64,000 bases of DNA, taken from NCBI GenBank assembly GCA_002633005.1, contig NMRA01000314.1:220898-284897 (forward strand). The letters are read 5' to 3'. The position numbers and the translations under genes were made by a program. This DNA comes from Phoronis australis. Lineage: Eukaryota; Animalia; Phoronida. Shown here in pieces: positions 11,801 through 23,100 of the stretch. The notes beneath the pieces were generated by a model. That model was not told where the DNA came from and ran no database searches. It saw only the letters and a program-made list of their open reading frames with translations. The stretch's first letter is position 1. Every line of letters begins with the position of its first letter.

Positions 11801-13536
11801 ATTTTCGTGAAGCGTATGGTGTGCTGAAACGGATTCACGGCAATGGGGATGATACTGGTATTGTATCAGTTGCAAATGACATTGGAAGTGTGTATTGCGC
11901 AACAATGACTTACCAGTTAGCATTAGAACAGTACCACAGCGCACTTGGCATGGCGAAAAGGATTTACGGTGATGGAGACGCTTTGATCGTTGCGTTTACT
12001 TTACACAACATTGCGAAAGTCCATCATAGATTAAATGAGCACAAAGTAGCATTACGTCACTACAGAGATTCTTTGAGTATGAGAAGAAGAATTTATATGG
12101 AGGGAGACCACCCAAGTATTGCCAAGGTGTTACTACACATTGGAGATGTCTACTGTGACATGACAAAACCCAATGTAGCATTGGAATATTACCAAGACGG
12201 GTTAACCATGATGAAAAGAATATTTGGTGATGTTGACCATCCAGATATAGCCTCCTCTTTGAATTGTGTTGGGATGGCTTGTTTCGCCTTGGGAGAGTAT
12301 GATGCGGCCATGCAATACTATGAAAAATCGTTGGCAATGGGAAAAGCTATAGATGGCGAACAAGGCAATCCTAACACTGCCACATGTTTGAATAACATGG
12401 CAAATGTCTGTGATGCTGCCTGTCAGTACGAGTTAGCTTTGCAATACCACAAGGAATCACTTCACACATTGCAAATTATTTACGGACAGAACGACTTTCC
12501 TGAAATTTCGACATGTTTGAAAAATGTTGGGTGTGATTACGTAAAGTTGGGTCAATACGATTTAGCCTTACAATACTATCAAAACTCTTTGGACATGAAA
12601 TTGAGAATGTATGGACAGGCCGCTAACATTGATATAGCGTCCATCTTGGGAGATATTGGAGTGGTTTATAATGATATGGGTGAGCTAAGGTTGGCACTGC
12701 AGTTTAAATTGAAGTCTTTGAAAATGATGAAGGAGCTGTGTGGTGACCATCCAAATGTTGCTGATGCCTGCTGTAACATTGGATGGCTGTACAAAGACAT
12801 CGGGATGTATGAAAAGGCAATGGTTCACTATTTTGAATATCTCGATATTATAAAGAGACTTTATGGAAACGGGGATAGTCTTGACATGGCTAATTTTCTT
12901 AACAACGCTGGTGAGGTTTATCTCAGAATGGGTAAGTTGGATGAAGCACGTGATTATTGTAGGCGGTCTTTGGACATGTTCAGGCAGTTGTTTGGTTTGG
13001 TTGATCACACTAGCATTGCTGAGACTCTAGGAAACCTGGGACTTGCCCATGGCAAGCTTGGTTTAGAAACGGGGTTGCAAACGTGCTTGGAGTCGCTAGA
13101 AATGTTTAAGAGATTGCTTGGTTGTTGTGACCACATGGACATTGCCTCATCTCTGAAGAATGTAGGCGTGTGCTACAAGTTAATGGGAGACACCGACTCG
13201 GCTCTACAACACTGTAAGGATGCGTTGGAAATGAGAAGGAGGTTAGATAAAGATGGTGGTCACCAGTACACTGCTGACATCTTGAGGGAACTTGGAGCAC
13301 TGTATTTGAGTAAGGGCGACACAGACATGGCGCTACGACATTACTTGAAAGCTATTGAGATGAGAGAGCGACTTGGATGTAACGGTGACAACGAAGATAA
13401 CGCTGCGATGCTGAGTGAAGTGAGCGAGGTGTACATGCGGACCGGTGATAGCGGATTAAGTGATGACTATTTGGAGAATTCGAAGAAAATGTTAGCTAGA
13501 TTATCGTCGCCAGTAGATGATACCGAGCCAAAATAG
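5825..13536 (+). CDS. Nucleotidyltransferase (GlnD/DUF294-like, Pol-beta superfamily) plus ~20x TPR repeat protein, ~1721 aa; exons 5825-6116, 7131-7304, 8189-8338, 8610-8732, 9110-13536
   Basis: Four GT-AG introns, all phase 1, join into one open frame (292+174+150+123+4427=5166 nt). Motif AMGSLARGEATPYSDLEWAILV begins at ~9679. About 20 repeats of ~44 aa of the type DIASSLNCVGMACFALGEYDAAMQYYEKSLAM run from ~10828 to 13490. The upstream exons are supported only by splice sites and phase; the large exon is certain. Confidence 0.8.
7537..7590. mobile_element. Small hairpin MITE core, with a second inverted copy at ~62721-62775
   Basis: ttttgagaaccagtt...aactggttctcaaaa palindrome. The same sequence occurs in reverse orientation in a Trio intron. 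Confidence 0.6.
9110..13536 (+). CDS. Giant terminal exon of the NTase-TPR gene (ORF 9142-13536)
   Basis: Uninterrupted 1464-aa ORF preceded by the acceptor tttctttcaag|GC, in frame with upstream phase-1 exons. Confidence 0.92.
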
Positions 13537-14066
13537 CTCGCGTTGTTGAAGACACGTGAATTTGTGGAGATTTTATCTTTTGGCGCGTTCAATGGGTACG
13601 CTGATGCCGTATCTGGAAACTGGGCCTGAATTTTATTGTAAAAAGTTGTTAAATGCTTTAGATACTATGCTTTGTGTTCGCTTTTATAACGGACAATGAT
13701 CATGGTGAAGTTATACATTGCATGCACATGTGCTCTGGAGTTATGTGAAGGGAATGTTGTTTTCGTTTTTGTTTAAAATGGTTGTTCGCTTTACTGAATC
13801 CTGTCGTTTTTCGCTATTTGCACATCCTAAACACGGGTTAGTTATTCGGGATTCATAAACTCTGTTACATTTTAAATCTATTCACAACTCTTATTTGCAT
13901 GAGAACTGCATGGTTTCAAAATTTAGTTTAAGAAATTTCATTTCTAGTCTCTTTCTAATTTCTTTGACGGAGCGCGAGTTTATACCGTAGCCTGTTTATA
14001 TGTAAAATAAAACTACAACAATTCTCATTTCATTGTATCACTACTCGCGTGCACTATACACATCAT

Positions 14067-14237
14067 CATGCGCGCACCCAGGGGGGCTCGCCGGGGGGGC
14101 TCGAACGAGTCCCCCATTTAGCGAAGTAGGCAAAAAGGTCCGCCTCCGAGAAACCAAAAGTCCGAGAGAATGAGACAAAAGTCCACTAAACAAGCACAAA
14201 CGCGCAATTCACAGTGGTGCCCCCGTTTTTTTTTTTA
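14067..14237. mobile_element. MITE family A, truncated, opposite orientation
   Basis: catgcgcgcacccagggggg...aaaaggtccgcctccgagaaaccaaaag is the reverse complement of the 5116 and 15659 copies. Confidence 0.65.
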
Positions 14238-15658
14238 TGATCATTTGCCTATATTGACCAACCGTTTTGTTCACACGGGTCAGTACACTTTGAGGCGCGG
14301 GGTGTCTCTTGTATACTAACAAGTGGATGTAATTATTGTTTTAACACGTCACCGTGTTAGTCAAAGAAAGTTCACGCCCGAGTACTGTTGGTACTGATAC
14401 GTCAAATTTTATTTAACACCAGTTCTCTCATTAGCTAGCAATAAATATCGTATATTCTCAGAGATTTTGTACTTTTGCCCATGTGAGATTAAGTTATTTT
14501 TCTGACTTGTGTGGAACCTTAGACCAAATTTCAGACTTAATCTTGAGAGTCAATTTCACGAAACGAACCCCAGTATCTAATCCACTGAGCTACTGTCCAG
14601 TAGTTAACATGGGCAGCAGTAAGACACTGACGAAGCGTCGACATCGCGATGTATGGATTCCCCATCTTCGAAGGTAAATTTGTCCATTGTTAAGGAACAA
14701 AACGTGATAAAAGCGTACGAAAACAATACGCTACAGGAATGAGTGCCCACGCGTTTTTAGACTTTAAATATGAAAGAAAGCCGCAGATGTTTTGACGACG
14801 TTGTGTCTTTAATTAGTAAGAACATATGCAACGAGTACATCTTTATAAAATGTACGAACACCGTGCCATCTGCAAACGTCATCGGTGTGGCGTACGGCTC
14901 GAGCCATTTTGCAAATTTTGACGTTGACGAAGGATTCGACCTACGGTTAAATAGATGCGGGTGCCTACTGCGGTTGCATGCGGCGTTGACTTAGTTTCTT
15001 TGTGGAGTTAGGCCTACTATCAAAAATTGCTCCGTGCTATTGAGACGTGTTCGGAAAATTGACTTCCACATTCCATTGTTGTGCACTGTTTTTGAATGAA
15101 AAATCGTGGAAGCGTATTCTCAGAAGCTACGATTTATTTAATTTTGTCAAGAATCAGTTTTCAGCTGAAATTTAAGTCCAAATGATGCCCGTTCAACACA
15201 ATTCCAAATATTTTAACTTTCTTTTTATTGTGGTGCACCATAAACTAAAATGGCCGTCGTAGTAAGTGACAGCGGACTCACATGGGTACTCACTCAACTG
15301 CCGTCACATGTACTGAGGTTTCCGCTGAATCTCCAGTCACTTCTTTAAAAAATATTCAAAAATCAATATGAAAATTTATATTTTAATGGTTCGACTGACG
15401 AAACTCGCCCCGTATTCAAAACGGGTGAGTGTGACGTAGAGAGTGTCTTGAATGTCACTACGCAAGTGTGTCTATTTGCGCATATGGTAGCTACTCCTCT
15501 GATTTTGTACGGCATGTAAGTACATTGGATAAGACTGTTGTTTTAGGCGGCATTCAACAACTGCTACTTTTGGCTTGAAAAACCAGGTCTTGGCAACTCC
15601 AGCAGTTTGTTCTATGGCAGGGTAGAAACATCTGAAAATATGAACACTATACGTAGTG

Positions 15659-15908
15659 CATGAACGCACCCTGCCTTCAATATGGGGGGCTCGAATTTCT
15701 GTCGATGATGTGGACCTTTCGCTGACAAAATATCGGCAGGACTAAAAAAAAAACGGGGTACTACATTCAAAACTGTAAACTGTGCGTCTGCGTCTTTTTA
15801 GTGGACTTTTGCCTCGTTTTCTCGGAGTTTTTGTTTCTCTGAGGCGGACCTTTTTGCCCACTTCGCCAAATGGGGGAGCTCGAACGAGCCCCCCTGGGTG
15901 CGGGCATG
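15659..15908. mobile_element. MITE family A copy
   Basis: catgaacgcaccctg...ctgggtgcgggcatg, with internal sequence shared with the 5116 copy. Confidence 0.75.
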
Positions 15909-17164
15909 GTACTGGGCCAAAGACTTCAGAAACGTTGCACAAAGTCTACTCGGTGAGACTGATTCCAAAGTCAAGTTTCCATCTTTTACCGTGACGACAA
16001 CCGGAAGTCTAGCGCCCTGTAAGTTGAAGAGAACTAACTACGTAACAAACGAAACACTTGTTGCTGTGATCGAGCAGTTACTAATGGCCGTCAGAACGAA
16101 AGAGAGCGCGACAAACACAAGAGCGCAATAATATCTGGCGGACTGGCGCCGACAATTTAAAAAACGAACAAAAATACACCAAATCGTCAGTTTTCACTTC
16201 AATTAAGTTACCATTTGCGTGTGATTATTAGGAGCTGAGAGACAGTGCATTGTCCAAACATCTCCAGATTATGGAAACCGGACAAAAATGGTTTACGAGA
16301 AGCCATTTTTTTACAAATACTGACTGTCTGAGGGATACTTGAATTTCAGTTTCAATTTCCCGCTTGTAAGGCAGTAAAGTTTTAATAAAAGCCACGAGTG
16401 AGCACTAAGCAATTCAACAAGGGCAATCTTTCTCTCAGACCAAACTAAAAAATCAAGCCAAATGTAATTTGTAGCCTTCACATGCAGCACAAGACTTAGG
16501 CCCAATGAAATCAGCAAGAGTCATTTTTTCTATTTAAATTCAACTCTGGCTCAAAGAACTATTGAGTTCCACCACGTACGGTGCCACCTACTAACCTCGC
16601 GCCACCTGGTAGTGAAGTTTGAGATTCTAAACGATTTGCCGAGTGTTATCATTATTGTGGCACTTTATCGAACAATCAGCCATTCGCTCATCACAGGACC
16701 CACTCAGTGGACTTTATCACCAAGATTTTAATGGCGGTCAAGTGAATAAGACGCCGCCTGGATAATACTAGATGTCGCCCCTGGACAGGGCTCACTGACA
16801 ATTTGTGCCCTGTTTCTACTTGCGTCCTGACGCGGCCTGAGTGGAATTACTGTAGTCTCTCTGATGACTTGCGACGTGGTGGATCACGGTAACCTGTAGA
16901 AGACATATAAACGCTGTGAGCTGAATCTTTAGCGTGCTGCTATATGGTTCTGTAGCCTTACACACTGCTATGGTGCCAGTTTTATTCCAAGTCGACTGTC
17001 GGTGCCTTTCTGTTGATCTGTTCAGTTAATGTCTATCAAGAACTGACATAACGCGCTGGTGTTCTCGTCGTCAAATTGCACCCGTACTCGTAAAAGCCTT
17101 TTCTATATCACACTTTGATTGCCGCCAGGGTCACGGTCAGTCGGGTACGCTCAGAACCGATATC

Positions 17165-20100
17165 ATGTCAGGAAGAAATCGTCTGTCATATGACTCGGAT
17201 TCAGACGATGATGAAGAAAAAGACTTGTTGTCAAACAGTATCAACTCCAAACTCGCCCGCTCAGATCGGGATTCCAGTGATTACGAACCCGCTGATGGAA
17301 AACCTCATGTGTACAAGCGTCGATGGTACATGCTGTTAGTCGTGTCCCTGATGATTGCACTTGAGGCGGGTACGCATATCAGCTAACTGTTCTGTTTCAG
17401 TGCCCCCCACCCGCCCTTGTCAACGGTCAGAAACGTAATTTGTTATCACGGTTATTACCATTTTTGTTGTTGTTATAACTTATTTCTGAGAATAAAAATG
17501 AATGATCTCCAATATATATACATCAAAGATTGTCGAGGATACCCGTAAAATTTTGGTTGTCCGAAAAGCCCTCATTCATAAACTGTCCTGACGTAGATTC
17601 AATGTCCCTAAACTACTGATTCCGCATTGTATTCTTAGAATTTTTGTTGTATGTTTACACCACCGTTTGTTCATCCTCTTGGATGAAGGAGTTAAGAGAG
17701 GAGTAGGCCTAATGATATGGTCGGTCATAATTATCTTGTTCTGCTGTAGTAGTCTCTATTTCGAGGGATAAAGTTGTATGTTGCTATTTTTTCGTATTAT
17801 TTATACTACCAAGATATTTTATCAATAGATAAACAGTCACCATGATTAATTGCTTGTAATGTATATGCCTTTTTGTCGTCATTTTTAAAATACTCTGCTT
17901 TATCCGTTTCGAAGTGATATGGAACACGTGGTCTCCGATATCCAGCTCAGCGCAAGCAGTGTTCGGGTGGAGTGATGGCATCATTGCGTTGCTTAGCAAC
18001 TGGGCTGCAATTGCTGCCATTTGTGTGATGGTTGGGTTCTCTTGGCTTCTTGACTCCTACGGTTTGTGAATACGTGACTAACTCAGAGGGTGGAAACGAT
18101 TCAATAGCCACGCCAAATTCTACACCATGAACCAGATCCAGTATGGATTTGTTCCCCGGTAAAAACATGCGGAATATTTTCTGCGCCCCACAGGGGTTGT
18201 TGTGCAACTTGCACTGAGGGTTTGGCCCGGGTCTGGAGTGAAGGGGATTGAAGTTGGGGCGGCCATGGAATCGTTTCTAGAGTAAAGAAGTTTTGAAACC
18301 GGAGGTACTCCCACTCATTATTATGATATAGACATGTTCGCATGACGCTCAATATTGACTATTGGTTCAAGTTTATTTTTGAGGAAAATAGCCTACACTT
18401 GTCTGAAGCTTAATTGTAACCAGCCAATCATGCTGCATTAGGAAACAAGCCACAACAACAAATGACGGTGCGCTCATCATCGTCGTTCAACATACACTGT
18501 ACTCAGTATTTTCGAAACTAGAGATCTTGGCTGCTCTTTGACCACTTAACTTTTATTTGCGGAACAAAACTTGGTTTGGTAATGCCTAGCTGAAAATCTG
18601 TCGTTATGACAACACGAACAAATCTGAATGCCTAGTTCCTGCTGAACAATGCCTAGCTCCTGCAATTTCAAGTCAAACGATTTTCACCTGTAGGGTTGCG
18701 AGTAACGTGTATTCTAACCGCCTTTCTGACAGCGGCAGGCTCAGCTCTCAGGTGCATTACGTCGCAACCCCCTGCCTGTACGTGGTAAGTTATCTTTTCC
18801 AAAATGTTGCTTTTAAATAACTGTCAAAGCTTGAGTGTAGAATCACGATGGAAAATCATTTCATCGTACTTGAAAGTCTGCAGTTGTTTTCCGTCAAATG
18901 CCGGTTCAGTTATTTAAATTGACAATAAAACTCCACAATAGCCTAATCCCGATTTTGGCCATCGAAAAGAAGTTTTGATGCAGACCGCGTTCCATTATAA
19001 AATTGGTCTCAAAATCCTTCTTACTCAGATGAATAATGACTTCTGAGCTAAAAAAAATGACAGTTCAGTCAGACGACATTAATTGACAAGCTTTGACGCC
19101 ACCTTATCGAGCCGGAGGTCGAACAGTAGCTATTCGTCCCAAGCCCAGAAATATTCTCTGATCGGAGTAAATTCATTTGGGGGCCTGTTTCGGGAGAATT
19201 ACCATGTATTGTGTGGCTGCCACCCGCGTGGGACTTCAGGAGAATCACCATGTATTGCACTTACCACCTGTGTGACTTCAAATCACCATGTATTGCTTGA
19301 CTACCACCTGTGTTACTTCAAATTACCATGTTAGTGACTACAACTTTTGCGACTTCAAATTGCCATGCATTGAATACAACGTGTGTGACTTCAAATCACC
19401 ATGTATTAATTGTTTGACTACATGTACCACCTGTGTGACTTCAAATTACCATTCATTGTTTGGGTACCACCCGTGTGACTTCAAATTATCATGCATTGTT
19501 TGAGTACCACCTGTGTGACTTCAAATTACCATGTTTGACTACCACCTGTGTGACTTCAAATTACCATGCATTGTTTGAGTACCACCTGTGTGACTTCAAA
19601 TTACCATGTTTGACTACCACCCGTGTGACTTCAAATTACCATGTTTGACTACCACCCGTGTGACTTCAAATTACCATGTTTGACTACCACCCGTATGTGT
19701 TCAAATTACCATGCATTGTTTGAGTACCACCTGTGTGACTTCAAATCACCTATTTGACTACTTGTGACTTCAGATTACCACGTATTGTTTGACTATCACT
19801 TGTGTGACTTCCCGTGCTCCAAATCCGTCCTTTCAGTGAAATTCAACTTTGCAGGCTCATAAACATTGGTCATGTGATGAATGGAATGGCTTCTGTCATG
19901 GCTGGCGCAGGTTGTAGTCAATTTTCAGCCGTGTGGTTCCCGAATTATCAGCGAGCCACGTCCACCGCTATAGCTCTCAGCTCTTTCAATGTGGGAACAG
20001 CATTGTCTTTTGTAGCCGGTAAGTATTATGAATGGATCCGTGACCGTAAATATAACACTATGGATGGCTGGACGTTGTTGGACAACTGAAGACATGAGAA

Positions 20101-23100
20101 AACAAAAGCCATAGCGTTGCTATTCGAGATACGCATTCGGCGTAATATTGACAGTCCAAGTGAGCGCGAAAAACGAGTCATTGTCAGACAGGTTACGTAA
20201 GGATGTCCTCAAATGCCACATTCCCCTCAGGCCATGTCCGCTTGTAGCAGATTCATGTTCTGTTTGTGACTCATGTTTTTGGACAGCGTTCTGGGAGACT
20301 CAGATTTGAAGGTGGTACATTTTGTAACTTAAAAGGAGACTAAACCCTATTCATTGACGATTTCAACCAATTCTCCTTCTTTCACCTGGGCATGCTAATG
20401 CATCATTGGCGTCAATCTTGAAAGATAAAAGTGAATCAACTTTATCTCACAAACTTCATATTACGGTCCTTGGCGAGTGGTCTTTTTCCACAATTGCCGT
20501 GTAATTCGCTAAAAGCGTAGGTAACGCTTGTCCATTTAGCAGACCTTGAAAGGGATTTTCAAATTCTCCTCCAAACTTTTGAGGGTTTTCAAAGGTTACA
20601 GAGCACCATTTCGTTTCAGAGAAAGTCGTTTTTAGTATCTTTTAATACGCCAAAACTGGTTTGGTATCATTTGAACTATTTCTGGGTCAATTTTGATGTT
20701 TGAAAACTGAATCGTGGACATTTGTTTAGAATAAAGACAAATTCACCCAACGGTAATACGAAAAATAGGCAGACGTAACATTAGTGAAACCAACGAGCCA
20801 ACCAAACTCGGAGAGCAAGTTCATGTTCAGAATGGCGCTTTGTCTACTTTATGACAGCAGAAATCTGGGTAAAGTTGGGATATATGCGTTATCAAAGTAC
20901 CTAGGGGCGACTATAAGTCCACTGGGTAAAGTTAAGATGTATGCGATATCAAAGTACCTATAGGAGCGACTATAAGTCCACTGGGTAAAGTTGAGATGTA
21001 TGCAATATCAAATTGCCTAGGGGCAGCTATAAGTCCACTGGGTTAAGTTGAGATGTATGAGATATCAAAGTACCTAGGGGCGACTATAAGTCCACTGGGT
21101 AAAGTTGAGATGTATGCGATACCAAAGTACCTAGAGGCGGCTATAAGTCCACTGGGTTAATTTGAGATGTATGCGATATCAAAGTACCTCAGATGTTTCG
21201 TAACCTCTACCAACTGGCACGTGTGATACGTGTATACTTTCTTGATGAAAACGTAGATTATAGACAGCAGAAGGTACTATAGTCTATGATGTTAATTGTC
21301 ATTTTTCAGGCCCCCTGCTGGTCCATGAGATTAATGGAACAAAGAAAGGCCATGTGCCAATGTACAATGCAGGCTTGACAGCAAACTCTTCAGGTAAACC
21401 TTTGCAAGATTATGTGCTGAACTGATCTCGATGGTTCCCTGCGTGTCGCTAGGTGGTAGCCAGCACGCGTGCGACCCAGATAAACCCTATAACAATAAAC
21501 GTAACAGCGATTCAGTGGTAAGAAACTCCGGGGAGCGAAAGATAAGACGATCGTCAGAGGAAGGGAGTCCCATCATTAGATGTTTCGGCCTTTAAACTTC
21601 CTGACATCTTCTAGGACCCTGGCCACATCGGGGTCATGACTACCCAATGTCCGTCTATCTTTTTTGTCCCATGGTGGAAATCGAACCTGTGCCATCACAG
21701 TTGTTGGTGCTTCCCGTGATCTGGTAGCCTGTGGATTTGACCACTAGGCCACTGCGCCTCTGGAAATAAGTGTGATTTACTCCTTATATGGTAGAGCCTC
21801 ATTTCGTTTACACCAAATCCAACACGATGCATTTTCTGTTATACACGCCATATCTTTTATAACTCCTTGCTGATCCTTCTGCCAAGACTCTTCAAGAACG
21901 AGTTCATGGATGCAGCCATGAAAACTCTGGCCCCTATCTCAACTGCGAAGATTGTTGTACTAGTTCCTTCGTTCTGAGATTGTTTACAAGTCCTTGGTAC
22001 TTGGCCATTTTGTATTCGTGTTGCTCTTCTCATATTTGTCTCGTATGGGACAGTTAGTTTCACTAGGATGCATGTTGGCGGGTTACTGGAGCTGAGAACA
22101 ATGTCTGGTCTTGCTCCTGTTTTCTTTATTGCATCATTCTCATTAAACATGTTTGGTTTTTCGTTTGTAAATAAAGGTAGCAAATAGAAGTTTAATGGTA
22201 TTTCTTCTCTGTGGTACGAATTTAGTGACCTGCGGGTACGAATCGAAAATGAAATGAGACGAATTCGTGGCTATATGCTGTTCGTGACCCAAAGAAATTG
22301 TCATTGTCATCGGTAATGCAATTAACACATTGAGGAGTGACCATTACACTTATAGGCAAATTGTTCATGTCTTGTCATGGCGGTAGCTCTTCCTGCTTTT
22401 TAATTTCGCTTAGTTATATTTCTTGTAGACCTCTTTAAAGAAACAAAGGCCGAGATTATGAGATTGATGTATTACGGTAAGACCTCATTAAAGAAACAAA
22501 GGCGAGATTATGAGATTAATGTATTACGGTAAGATGGGAAATTGGGCCTTGTTGTTGGTTATAGTTAGATAACTTTATGACATTCCAGCGAGTTAGTTAC
22601 CTGTTTTAATTTAGTTTCTAGTCGTTGTACGATTTTGTTTAATGGAAGATTTCTCGTTATGAACGAGAACAATGTAAACAAACATTGAATAGTTGTGAGT
22701 TACTGTCTCATCTCCTCTGTAACAGCACGTAGATTTGTTTTTGTCATTTGATGAAGTTTTGAACAGGTATACTTTTTCACGAATTTTCAGAATGTGGACT
22801 TGCCACTCTGATATTGTTGATGATTCTAATCTACTTTCCCGCCAAACCACCGACACCACCAAGCGTATCGGCCAGCTCTGGGAGGGTAGATTTTAAACAA
22901 GGATTGAAAAAATTGGTGAGGTAGGCTTACGTTTTAAAACAAAGGGTATTCCCTTACCTGCTTATAGTTTTCAGTTGGTCTTCAACCATGCAGACAGATT
23001 TCGGCGTAATTGACCTTTAGTGGTACACTGCCCCCGAATTTGCGCTACCATTACCACACCTGTATGGGCTGCTTGATTTGAGAAAGTTCAAAATGTAACG

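Noticed and set aside
9142-13536. Bacterial contamination as the source of the long intronless ORF
   Set aside because: It has an in-frame splice acceptor and phase-matched upstream exons, is flanked by host MITEs, and is contiguous with typical animal genes.
19190-19812. CRISPR-like regular repeats (also 20866-21189 and 23715-24160)
   Set aside because: Units are contiguous with no unique spacers, there are no cas genes, and the context is a eukaryotic intron. These are satellites.
21670-21758. tRNA gene
   Set aside because: A and B boxes are present, but there is no consistent cloverleaf or acceptor stem. Called a SINE.
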